From assembly GCF_000250675.2 (NCBI RefSeq), contig NC_018681.1, positions 4,897,031-4,929,030 of the forward strand: DNA of 32,000 nucleotides, in the 5' to 3' direction. The notes under the pieces are model-generated. The model had not been told where the DNA came from, made no database searches, and saw only the letters and a list, made by a program, of their open reading frames with translations. The DNA comes from Nocardia brasiliensis ATCC 700358. GTDB lineage: Bacteria > Actinomycetota > Actinomycetes > Mycobacteriales > Mycobacteriaceae. Below are positions 17,862 through 26,155 of the stretch, piece by piece. The stretch's first letter is position 1. Each line of letters opens with the position of its first letter. Position numbers and translations under genes: made by a program.

Positions 17862-18091
17862 AAATGCTCGACCACTGTCCGTACTGACGATAGGGCGACG
17901 TACCGCCCAATACAACGCAGATCAGCGGGGTAAGCAGAAAATACGACGGCAAGCAATTGGTGACACACCGTAATGTGTAGCAATTTGCGCCGATCGGTAC
18001 ATCGCGGGCCGGATCGGACCGCCGATATCCTGAAGATCGTTGTCAGACAGTAAAGTCGCGCCGAAATGCGGCGAACTCCGGGACGGATACC
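17862..18091. promoter_or_regulatory. Divergent promoter region (ahcY-flA-flH operon vs phosphorylase-apt operon)
   Basis: A 230-bp non-coding gap between divergently transcribed genes, with an AT-richer stretch at 17935-17990. No specific element could be assigned. Confidence 0.45.
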
Positions 18092-18970
18092 ATGGTTGCA
18101 CCTGCGGCAGAAATCGAACTCGGCATCATCGGCGGCAGCGGGTTGTACGACCTGGAAACGCTCGCCGGTCGCCGCGAAGTCGCGCTCACCACACCCTACG
18201 GCGACCCGAGCGACAAGATCGGGGTCGGCCTGCTCGACGGGCGACCCATCGCCTTCCTCGCCCGGCACGGCCGCGGCCACCGCTACCTGCCGACCGAGGT
18301 GCCCGCCGCGGCGAATATCCACGCGCTCAAGCAACTCGGGGTCCAGCGCATCCTCAGCATCAGCGCCGTCGGCAGTCTCCGCGACGAGATCGAGCCGAGC
18401 CATCTGGTGGTGCCCGACCAGATCATCGACCTGACTCGGCACCGCCGGTCCACCTACTTCGGAGCCGGTGCCGTCGCACACGTACCGCTGGGCGACCCCT
18501 TCTGCCCGGTGCTGCGCGCCGGGTTGACCGACGTCGCCGCGTCGACCGGTGCGACCGTGCATCGGGCGGGCACTTACGTCTGCATCGAGGGGCCGCAGTT
18601 CTCCACCAGGGCTGAATCCGAACTCTACCGGGCCTGGAGCACAGACATCATCGGCATGACCGCGGCCACCGAGGCCAAACTCGCAAGAGAGGCCGGAATC
18701 TGTTTCGCCACAATGGCATTGGTCACCGACTACGACTGCTGGCGCACTGACGGGCCGTCCGTCACCGCGGATATGGTCGCGTCGGTGATGCGGGCCAATA
18801 TCGCAACGGCCAAGGACATCATCCGCAAGTTCGCCGCGTCCTCGGACGGCACGGCGCGCGACTGCGAGTGCGCCGATGCGATGCGGCACGCCGTCATGTC
18901 GGACCCCGCGGGCATACCCGGTGACACCGCGGACCGGCTCGCGCTCATCGCCGGAAAACTGCTGCGCTGA
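18092..18970 (+). CDS. flB: S-methyl-5'-thioadenosine phosphorylase-family purine nucleoside phosphorylase (FlB-type 5'-FDA phosphorylase by context)
   Basis: 292 aa starting at ATG 18092. GIIGGSGLYDL, FLARHGRGH, SAVGSL and TDYDCW are MTAP hallmarks. It lies divergent from the fluorinase operon. Confidence 0.9.
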   Translation: MVAPAAEIELGIIGGSGLYDLETLAGRREVALTTPYGDPSDKIGVGLLDGRPIAFLARHGRGHRYLPTEVPAAANIHALKQLGVQRILSISAVGSLRDEIEPSHLVVPDQIIDLTRHRRSTYFGAGAVAHVPLGDPFCPVLRAGLTDVAASTGATVHRAGTYVCIEGPQFSTRAESELYRAWSTDIIGMTAATEAKLAREAGICFATMALVTDYDCWRTDGPSVTADMVASVMRANIATAKDIIRKFAASSDGTARDCECADAMRHAVMSDPAGIPGDTADRLALIAGKLLR

Positions 18971-19005
18971 CACCCTCCCCGACTCTCGAGACCGCAGGAT
19001 TCGTC

Positions 19006-19581
19006 ATGTCCGACACCGTCGACTACTCGACCGCCCCAGACCGCACCGACGACCGGCTCGCCGCCGATGTCGCCGACCTCATCCGGGCCTATCCCGATTT
19101 CCCCTCCCCCGGTGTGCTTTTCCAAGACCTCTGCCCAGTCATCGCGACTCCCACCATGACCACCCGGATCGCCAAAGCGGCGATCCGGCATTTCGCCGGC
19201 GCTTTCGACATCGTCTTGGCGGTGGAAGCACGCGGCTTCGTGTTCGGCACCGCGGTGGCGCAGGAATCGGGCAGCCCGCTGGTGCTCGCCCGCAAATCGG
19301 GAAAGCTGCCGGGGCGGGTGTACAACGTCAGCTACGACCTCGAGTACGGCCGGGCAGCGCTCGAGTTGCAATGCGATGTCCTGCCCCCGTCCGCGCGCGT
19401 CCTGCTCGTCGACGACGTCCTGGCAACCGGTGGAACACTTTCCGCCGCAGCGGAATTGGTGGAACTCGCGCACGCTACCGTGACGGGCTACGCGGTGGTC
19501 GCCACGCTCACCGAGCTCGGCGGGCCCGCCCGGCTCGGGCGATACCAGGGCTACTGCACGCTGACCTTGCCGATCGACTGA
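19006..19581 (+). CDS. apt: Adenine phosphoribosyltransferase
   Basis: 191 aa starting at ATG 19006, with AGGA upstream. YPDFPSPGVLFQDL, EARGF and VLLVDDVLATGGT (the PRPP-binding motif) are present. Confidence 0.95.
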   Translation: MSDTVDYSTAPDRTDDRLAADVADLIRAYPDFPSPGVLFQDLCPVIATPTMTTRIAKAAIRHFAGAFDIVLAVEARGFVFGTAVAQESGSPLVLARKSGKLPGRVYNVSYDLEYGRAALELQCDVLPPSARVLLVDDVLATGGTLSAAAELVELAHATVTGYAVVATLTELGGPARLGRYQGYCTLTLPID

Positions 19582-20555
19582 CCCGACGGCGTGATCACCC
19601 GATCCTCGGTGACGATCGCGGTGACGAGATCAGCGGGTGTCACATCGAACGCCGGATTGCAGGCGGTGCTCGCCGCGGGAGCGATTCGCGCACCGCCCAA
19701 TTCGAGCACCTCCGTCGCGGCACGCTCTTCTATCGGCACCTCGGCACCGCTCGGACAGGTCAGATCGATCGTCGCCTCCGGCGCGGCCACGACGAACGGG
19801 ATCCCCACGCGCGCTGCGGCCAACGCGTGGCTCAGCGTGCCGACCTTGTTGACCACGTCACCGTTGGCCGCGATCCGATCCGCACCGACGACCACCGCGT
19901 CGACCCGGCCGTGCACGATCATCCCCGCAGCCGCACCGTCCACGATGACGGTGTGCGCGATCCCGGCCCGGCCGAGTTCCCACGCGGTGAGCCGGCTGCC
20001 CTGCAACAGCGGCCGGGTTTCACAGGCGTACACCAACTCCAGCTTGTTCGCCACATCCAGCGCGCCGATGACCGACAGCGCGGTACCGCATTCGACGCCG
20101 GCCAGCGCACCGGCGTTGCAATGCGTCAGAATCCGCCGGGCGCCGGCGAGCAGGTCGGTGCCGCGCGCGCCGATCGTTCGATTGGCGGTGATGTCGGCGT
20201 CTCGGACGGCCAGCGCCGCGGCCAGGATCGCGTTCGGACCGCCGTCCCGAACCGCGAGCACCTGTTCCACACCCCACGCGAGATTGACCGCGGTGGGTCG
20301 CGCCTCGGTCATGATCACGGCAGCCGCGTCGAGTGCTCGCTCGAGCGATTCGCCCCGTTCCACGGCCCGCAGCGCCGCGAGCGCCACACCGAGCGCGCCC
20401 GCCACACCGAGCGCCATCGCGCCGCGCACCGCGAGCCGGGCGATCTCGCCGGCGAGCTGCGCGGCCGTGGTCACCGTGACGACCACTTCTCGATGTGGTA
20501 GCAACGTTTGATCGAGAATGACTACTTTTCCGTCGACCCAGTCGATTGTCCGCAT
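19551..20555 (-). CDS. mtnA: S-methyl-5-thioribose-1-phosphate isomerase homologue (5-fluoro-5-deoxyribose-1-phosphate isomerase by context)
   Basis: The start is taken at ATG 20555 (MRTIDWVDGKVVILDQTLLPH...). It is MtnA/eIF-2B family, with THCNAGALA and VVVGADRIAANGDVVNKVGT motifs. Its 3' end overlaps apt by 31 nt. Confidence 0.9.
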   Translation of the reverse strand: MRTIDWVDGKVVILDQTLLPHREVVVTVTTAAQLAGEIARLAVRGAMALGVAGALGVALAALRAVERGESLERALDAAAVIMTEARPTAVNLAWGVEQVLAVRDGGPNAILAAALAVRDADITANRTIGARGTDLLAGARRILTHCNAGALAGVECGTALSVIGALDVANKLELVYACETRPLLQGSRLTAWELGRAGIAHTVIVDGAAAGMIVHGRVDAVVVGADRIAANGDVVNKVGTLSHALAAARVGIPFVVAAPEATIDLTCPSGAEVPIEERAATEVLELGGARIAPAASTACNPAFDVTPADLVTAIVTEDRVITPSGQSIGKVSVQ

Positions 20556-20752
20556 AGGATCACTTTCCGGCCGGGGTCGTTTTCCGTCAACAACGCGACC
20601 TCGGCCATAGCCGAACGGCCATGTCCCAGAATACTTTCGACGCACAGAGTAGACACGTTCGTCGTATTGCGCTGCCGCAGTGCGGATTATTAATGTCTAT
20701 CGTGAGAAACTGCCGAAACGCAGGGGCAGTGTCTCCCGCCGATCGGAGTGAA
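20556..20752. promoter_or_regulatory. Divergent promoter region (isomerase vs transaldolase)
   Basis: A 197-bp gap containing the most AT-rich stretch of the island (20640-20720, e.g. gcggattattaatgtctatcgtgag). Confidence 0.45.
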
Positions 20753-22600
20753 ATGACCGAGCTCAGCATCGATACGCCTCTGTCGCTTACCGCAATTCGG
20801 GATCTGGTGACCCGCGAGGAGGTGGACAACGAGCAGGTGTTGCATCTGACCGCCAATGAAACGGTGCTGTCCCCGTTCGCACAGAACGTGCTGTCCACCA
20901 AATTGGCGAACCGTTATCTGCTCGAACATCTCGATATGCGGCTGGACTCTCCGTCGCGCCTCAACAACTTCCTCTATCGCGGGCTCAACCGGGTGAACGC
21001 CATCGAGCAATCCGCGACCCAGGTGTGCCGCGAGCTCTTCGGCGCCGAATACACCGAATTCCGTTGCCTTTCCGGCTTGCACGCGATGCAGACGACCTTC
21101 GCCGCACTGTCCCAGCCCGGCGACAAGATCATGCGTATTTCCACGAAGGACGGCGGCCACTTCCTGACCGAGCTCATGTGCCGGTCGTTCGGCAGGCGGA
21201 GCACCACCTACGCGTTCCGCGACCTGTGCACCATCGACATCGAGCGGACGCGGGAGATATTCGAGCGTGAACGTCCGTCGCTGCTGTACATCGACGCCAT
21301 GAACTACCTCTTCCCGTTCCCGCTGCGGGAACTCAAACAGATATGCGGCGACGTCCCGCTGATCTTCGACGCCTCGCACACCCTCGGGTTGATCGCGGGC
21401 GGGCAGTTCCAGGATCCGCTGGCCGAGGGCGCCGACATCCTGCAGGCCAACACACACAAGACCTTCTTCGGCCCGCAGAAGGGACTCATCCTCGGAAAGA
21501 GCCGCAGCCTCATGGAGCGGATCACCTACACACTCTCGAACGGCATGGTGAGCAGCCAGCACACCGCTTCGACCCTCGCGCTGTTCATCGCCCTGCACGA
21601 AATGTATGAAGACGGGCGCGAATACGCGGCGCGGGTGATCGAAAATGCCAGGCATCTGGCGGGTTTGCTCAACGAGCGCGGGATCCCCGTGCTCGCCGCG
21701 GATCGCGGATTCACCCAGAACCACATGTTTTTCATCGACACCCGGCCGCTCGGCGCCGGCCCCATGCTGGCCAAGAAGCTGCTCGACGCGAACATCTCGG
21801 TGAACCGCTCGATCGCGTTCGAGCACATCGATACATTGCGGCTCGGCGTGCAGGAGATCACGCGGCGGGGATACAGCGGCGCCGATCTCGAACGGATCGC
21901 CGGCTGGATCGAACACCTGCTGCTCCGGGACGCGAACCCGGAATCGGTCGCGCGTGATGTCGCGACATTCGTTGTCGGCAGGCAGAATATCCGATACTGC
22001 GGTAAGAGCGCAGGTCCGCGCCGCGCACCTCGCGGCAAGCCGTCACCTGCGACCCCGGCTCGGCCGCGCTGGGTCAACATCAGCCTGACGAAAGCCGACA
22101 ATCGTTGTGCCCCAGAGACGGTCGAAGCCGTCCGCACGCTCGGTGCCGCCGCCGCGGTATTCGAGCACCAAACCGATTCGGCAGGCAACATCAGCGTCCG
22201 GACGAACGGTCACACCTTCGTTTCGGCGAGCGGCTCTTACCTCAAAGATCTGGCGTCGCACGATTTCGTCGAACTGGTCGACTTCGCGGACTGGACGCTC
22301 CGCTGCGAAGGCGCCGGACCGCCGTCGGCGGAGAGCTACATGCACTATCTGGTGCGAACATCGGTGGACGCCCGCTACATCGTGCACAACCACTACATCC
22401 CGGGTGACGAGATCGCGGACCTGGATGTGCTCGTCATCCCGCCCAAGGAGTACGGGAGCGTGCAGCTCGCGGAGGCCGTCGCGAAAGCGGCGCCACGCAG
22501 CCACATCATCTACATCCGGCGCCACGGACTGGTGTTCTGGAGCGATACGCTCGAGGAATGCACCGCCCTGATGGCCCAGGTTGCGAGCCGGCGGATCTGA
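20753..22600 (+). CDS. 4-fluorothreonine transaldolase-type fusion protein (N-terminal SHMT-like PLP domain + C-terminal class II aldolase/adducin-like domain)
   Basis: The start is taken at ATG 20753 with GGAG 5 nt upstream (the track starts at 20621; ATG 20693 is also possible). NTHKTFFGPQKG matches the SHMT THKTLRGPRGG PLP-lysine motif (Lys at nt 21458-21460). A Pro/Arg linker follows. The C-terminal GNISVR...SASG...PSAESYMHYL...YIVHNHYIP...IRRHGLVFW is a class II aldolase fold. This two-domain architecture is that of the S. cattleya and Streptomyces sp. MA37 fluorothreonine transaldolases. Confidence 0.85.
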   Translation: MTELSIDTPLSLTAIRDLVTREEVDNEQVLHLTANETVLSPFAQNVLSTKLANRYLLEHLDMRLDSPSRLNNFLYRGLNRVNAIEQSATQVCRELFGAEYTEFRCLSGLHAMQTTFAALSQPGDKIMRISTKDGGHFLTELMCRSFGRRSTTYAFRDLCTIDIERTREIFERERPSLLYIDAMNYLFPFPLRELKQICGDVPLIFDASHTLGLIAGGQFQDPLAEGADILQANTHKTFFGPQKGLILGKSRSLMERITYTLSNGMVSSQHTASTLALFIALHEMYEDGREYAARVIENARHLAGLLNERGIPVLAADRGFTQNHMFFIDTRPLGAGPMLAKKLLDANISVNRSIAFEHIDTLRLGVQEITRRGYSGADLERIAGWIEHLLLRDANPESVARDVATFVVGRQNIRYCGKSAGPRRAPRGKPSPATPARPRWVNISLTKADNRCAPETVEAVRTLGAAAAVFEHQTDSAGNISVRTNGHTFVSASGSYLKDLASHDFVELVDFADWTLRCEGAGPPSAESYMHYLVRTSVDARYIVHNHYIPGDEIADLDVLVIPPKEYGSVQLAEAVAKAAPRSHIIYIRRHGLVFWSDTLEECTALMAQVASRRI

Positions 22601-22607
22601 GCCGCCC

Positions 22608-23183
22608 TTACCAGCCCGACACCGGATAGGTCATGACCAGCACGGCCTCGACATTGTCGGTCGTCGCCTCGTAGAAATGCGGCACGTCGGCGCCGAACAC
22701 CACGAAATCGCCTGCGGCAGCGTCGCAGGGCGTGTCGACGGCGCCGACCCGCAGGCCGCCCTTGGCCACGTGCAGATGCTCCACCGTGCCGACCGTGTGC
22801 GCCGGACTGTCGATCCGGTTGCCCGCCTTACGGATTCGAATCCGCCACACCTCGACGTACACGCCGGCGCCGACGCGCTGCAAAAGTTCCTGTTTGCTGT
22901 AGTCCGGCTCGGACGTGCCGGGCCGGAGCGTGGCCCTCGACGGTGCCGTCGCGACGATGAGATCGCCGAGCGGCAGCCGCAATGCGACCGCGATGGCGGA
23001 CAACGTGTCGATACGCGGATTGCCCGCACCCGATTCCAAAGTGGACAACGTTGCCTTACTGATCCCGGATTGGCGGGCGAGTTCCGCCGCCGACATGCCC
23101 CGAGCCTCCCGCATCCTGCGGATCTGTGCGCCGATGGCCGCGGCGGCACTGTCCAGCTTCGTGCTGTCTGCTAGATCGGACAT
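22608..23183 (-). CDS. XRE-family transcriptional regulator with C-terminal cupin domain
   Basis: The start is taken at ATG 23183 (MSDLADSTKL...). The HTH is MSAAELARQSGISKATLSTLESG. The C-terminal beta-rich region HTVGTVEHLHVAKG...FVVFGADVPHFYE is cupin-like. Confidence 0.85.
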   Translation of the reverse strand: MSDLADSTKLDSAAAAIGAQIRRMREARGMSAAELARQSGISKATLSTLESGAGNPRIDTLSAIAVALRLPLGDLIVATAPSRATLRPGTSEPDYSKQELLQRVGAGVYVEVWRIRIRKAGNRIDSPAHTVGTVEHLHVAKGGLRVGAVDTPCDAAAGDFVVFGADVPHFYEATTDNVEAVLVMTYPVSGW

Positions 23184-23241
23184 CGACCACCGTTCGCTAG
23201 AATGTGCCGCTGGGCTCAATCTAACGTACCGGGCTGGGTGA

Positions 23242-24192
23242 TTACGGTCCGGATCCGGTGGTGTCGGGCCCGGTCCGCAACGGATGACGGCTCGGTTCGG
23301 CGACGACGCGGGCGGGAACTTTCCGTGCCCCTTCGAGACTGCGGCCGACGATCGCGGAACCGACCACCAGCGCGCCGCCTATCCACTGCACCACGGTGAG
23401 CTGCTCACCGGCCACCAGCACCGCGAAAAGGGTCGAAAAGACCGGCTCTGTACAGAGAATCAAGCCGACCCGGGTGGAGCTCGTCCGGCGGGCGCCACGG
23501 AGCTGGGCGAAGAACGCGAACGACGTGCCGATCACGCCGAGATAGACGATCAGCAACCAATTCGATCCGCTCACCGCGCCGGCCAGGCGCCACATCGGCG
23601 CACCCGTCAGTACCGAGGTCGCCGTCGCCAGCAGCAGCACCACGACGAACTCGATCAGGGTGATATTCACCAGCGACTGATTCTGACCTTCGGAACTGCG
23701 GCCGAACAGGGTGATCTGCGTGGCCCTGATCATCGCCGCGGCCAGAATGATCAAATCTCCGCTCTGCGGATGGAATCCACCCTTCGACAACAGCAACAGA
23801 CCGCAGCCGGCAAGCGCGGTGACCGTCGCGAGATAGACCGGAAGCGGTTGTGCCCGGCGACTGAGCACACGCTCGAGGACCGGCACGAGCACCACGGAAA
23901 CGGTGATCAGAAAGCCGGAGTTGGCGGCCGAGGTATGCAGTACGCCAATTGTTTCCAAGATCAGAATGCCGTACAGCATGAACCCGAACGCGATGCCGTT
24001 GCGCACCTCGGACGAGGTGAGCTGAGGCAGCGTGCGTAATGCGAGCAGCGCGATGACCGGTATCGCCGCCGCGAAACGCAGCGCGAGAAAGCCGGCCGCG
24101 GGCACCGCGCTGCCTACCGTCTGCATAACGACGTAGCTGGAACCCCAGGTGATCGCCACCAGCAAGATGGACAGATCCGTCAGGGCCACCAT
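23242..24192 (-). CDS. DMT-superfamily transporter (EamA family; candidate amino-acid/4-fluorothreonine exporter)
   Basis: About 10 predicted TM segments in two EamA-like halves. The start is uncertain (ATG 24192 MVALTDLSILL..., or ATG 24225). Confidence 0.85.
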   Translation of the reverse strand: MVALTDLSILLVAITWGSSYVVMQTVGSAVPAAGFLALRFAAAIPVIALLALRTLPQLTSSEVRNGIAFGFMLYGILILETIGVLHTSAANSGFLITVSVVLVPVLERVLSRRAQPLPVYLATVTALAGCGLLLLSKGGFHPQSGDLIILAAAMIRATQITLFGRSSEGQNQSLVNITLIEFVVVLLLATATSVLTGAPMWRLAGAVSGSNWLLIVYLGVIGTSFAFFAQLRGARRTSSTRVGLILCTEPVFSTLFAVLVAGEQLTVVQWIGGALVVGSAIVGRSLEGARKVPARVVAEPSRHPLRTGPDTTGSGP

Positions 24193-24730
24193 CGACCCTG
24201 GTTGTGACGCGTCCCCACCCCGCATCGTGGTACACCGTTCCCTCGATCGCCAAAGGTTTGCCACCCTCGACTGCCGTACAGCATATTAGGCTGAATCGTA
24301 CAGTTTGTTACGCCCGGCGCTCTGCCCCCAATTCCGGTGTCAGCGGTAAGTTGTACTGCCTGCTGCGACCTCGTGCACCCTTGCGACTGTCCAGTCGCAT
24401 AGGTCACACTGACTATCGGACATGCAGCGCGGAATGTTCAGGTCACTCGGGCCGCTGCGATCATCGCTCGTCGGCGGACCAGATCATCATGGGAGTCACG
24501 GTGGTTTGCCAGATGAATGCTCGGCGGTCAGCCGAGGCCGCCTGGCAGCACGTCGGCCCCCATGCAACCCTCGAGCGATCCCATTCGCACGCCGACCCGC
24601 AGTCCACACTCGAACCCTGGATGTCCGAGTGCCGGGCCGGCGTTCACAGCACAGGCGCGCACGTTCGGCCTAGGGGTGCGCACCAGCCTCCCTAGTTTTG
24701 ATACACAGCACGAAAGCGGGGGCAGATTTG
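24193..24730. promoter_or_regulatory. Unusually long (~0.5 kb) divergent intergenic/regulatory region
   Basis: No convincing ORF. It contains the direct repeat CGTACAG (24275-24281 and 24297-24303, 22 bp apart), the hairpin tgcgact-gtcc-agtcgca (24382-24399), and AGGTCAC twice (24401-24407 and 24440-24446). Confidence 0.4.
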
Positions 24731-25405
24731 ATGGTTGCACCGGCAGGAATACGACTGGTAGTCGTCGATGAACATGTGTTGTATCGGCACGGAATAGTGG
24801 AGATCCTTTCCCACGAACACGATATGGAAGTCGTCGGGCAATGCGGTGAGCGCGATGTCGAGGCGACGCTCGAGCGGCACCGGCCGGATATCGCGATCAT
24901 CAGCATCAGCCAATACGAGCGGCGACCGGAACGTTGGATACGCAGCGTTCTGCTGAGCACGCCCAGCGCGGTCGCGGTGATCATCCTGGGCGACCGGGAC
25001 ACTCCGCGCGGCATCGGCGATCTGATCGCGGCGGGCGCGGGGGGATACGTGTGGAAGAACTCGACCCGGGAGGAGTTGATCAGCGCGGTACGCAAGATCT
25101 TCGAGAACCCCGAGCAGGTGGTTTTGTCGGTCACCCGAGGCATGCTGCAAGGCCTGGGCAGCGGGGACGGAGCCATACTCTCCACCCGGGAACGAGAGGT
25201 GCTGACTCTCGTCGCCGCGGGCCTGAAGAACTCGCAGATCGCCGACCGGCTGTATCTGGCCGAAGGTACCGTCAAACGGCATCTGACGAATATCTACGCC
25301 AAACTCTCGGCCTCCTCACGCGTCGAAGCGATAAAACAGGCAATCGCCCTGGACCTGCTTTCGGTCGAGGCGATACTCGAGCCCGATGCCTCCAGGCAGC
25401 GATGA
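24731..25405 (+). CDS. LuxR/NarL-family response regulator, atypical receiver (FlG-like regulator)
   Basis: The start is ATG 24731 (the track start 24698 is TTG). It has a REC domain plus the C-terminal HTH LSTREREVLTLVAAGLKNSQIADRLYLAEGTVKRHLTNIYAKL. The position aligned to the NarL phospho-acceptor Asp reads IAIISIS. Confidence 0.9.
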   Translation: MVAPAGIRLVVVDEHVLYRHGIVEILSHEHDMEVVGQCGERDVEATLERHRPDIAIISISQYERRPERWIRSVLLSTPSAVAVIILGDRDTPRGIGDLIAAGAGGYVWKNSTREELISAVRKIFENPEQVVLSVTRGMLQGLGSGDGAILSTREREVLTLVAAGLKNSQIADRLYLAEGTVKRHLTNIYAKLSASSRVEAIKQAIALDLLSVEAILEPDASRQR

Positions 25406-25849
25406 ATGTCGCACCGAGCCACCGCGATCGTCGTCGGCTTGGCCGAAAGACCCAGCGCCTTCGCTGCTCTCGATGCGGCCGCCGGTCTGGCCAGAGATCT
25501 CGCGGACGAATTACATGTGGTGCACGCCGTCGATCTAGGCGACTATCCGGTGGATCCCGATATCGATGATTGGGAAAGACGGGCAGACGCGAAACAGGCG
25601 ACCGTGCGGGCGCGCGCAGCGGCCGTGCTCCACGACTATCGTTCGATCGAGTGGACCTACCATGCCCGACGAGGAGCCCCGGAGCGAGTCCTGCTCGCCG
25701 TCGCGCACTCGGTAGACGCCAGGATGATCGTCATCGGCTCGCATCCGCATTCGTTTCTCGGTTATCACTACAGTGGTTCCGTGTCGCGTGCGCTGCTGCG
25801 CCAGCACGAATACCCGATCCTCCTTGTCTCCGAGCGTAGTTCGACCTGA
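25406..25849 (+). CDS. Universal stress protein (UspA family)
   Basis: 147 aa. The ATG immediately follows the regulator's TGA. IVVGLAE...HVVHAV...MIVIGSH...GSVSRALLRQHEYPILLV is the typical Usp pattern. Confidence 0.85.
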   Translation: MSHRATAIVVGLAERPSAFAALDAAAGLARDLADELHVVHAVDLGDYPVDPDIDDWERRADAKQATVRARAAAVLHDYRSIEWTYHARRGAPERVLLAVAHSVDARMIVIGSHPHSFLGYHYSGSVSRALLRQHEYPILLVSERSST

Positions 25850-25872
25850 GTGCGCGCTCTCCGACCCCAGTG

Positions 25873-25907
25873 CCGGGCACGGCCGGGCTACGCCCGGCCG
25901 TGCCCGG
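25873..25907. terminator. Candidate bidirectional terminator hairpin
   Basis: Perfect 16-bp GC-rich inverted repeat ccgggcacggccgggc (25873-25888) / gcccggccgtgcccgg (25892-25907) with a 3-nt loop. It lies between convergent genes and is followed by tcttgtgg. Confidence 0.55.
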
Positions 25908-26115
25908 TCTTGTGGAACAACACATCTCGGAGCCGGTTCGTACCGACCAGCGCGACACGGCGGACATCCGCGAAGCCGTGGCCTGCCGGTAGCGCGCCGG
26001 TGTCGTCCCCGACCGCGCGCATCGCGTGCAATTCAGCGCTGACACGCTCGACGTCACGGTCGACGAAATTCGTCGAGCCCGCCAGGTGGCTTCTATCGGA
26101 TTCTTTGGTAGTCAT
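25888..26115 (-). CDS. Small hypothetical protein (75 aa)
   Basis: ATG 26115 has GGAGG 8 nt upstream. No family recognised. Its stop codon lies in the loop of the 25873-25907 hairpin. Confidence 0.55.
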   Translation of the reverse strand: MTTKESDRSHLAGSTNFVDRDVERVSAELHAMRAVGDDTGALPAGHGFADVRRVALVGTNRLRDVLFHKTGHGRA

Positions 26116-26155
26116 CAGCAGACCTCCGAGAATGTATGTTCTGTCGGCAATCGGA

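Noticed and set aside
17862-18000. SAH riboswitch in the ahcY leader
   Set aside because: The minus-strand leader (…ttgggcggtacgtcgccctatcgtcagtacggacagtggtcgagcatttATG) lacks the conserved AGGCUC / CAACGGCGCUC elements as I remember them.
24489-24695. Small ORF MGVTVVCQMNARRSAEAAWQH... in the long intergenic region (possible precursor peptide)
   Set aside because: No RBS. By hand count, third-position GC is only about 74%, lower than I would expect for genuine coding sequence in DNA this GC-rich. No modifying-enzyme context points to it. It is kept only as part of the regulatory-region finding.
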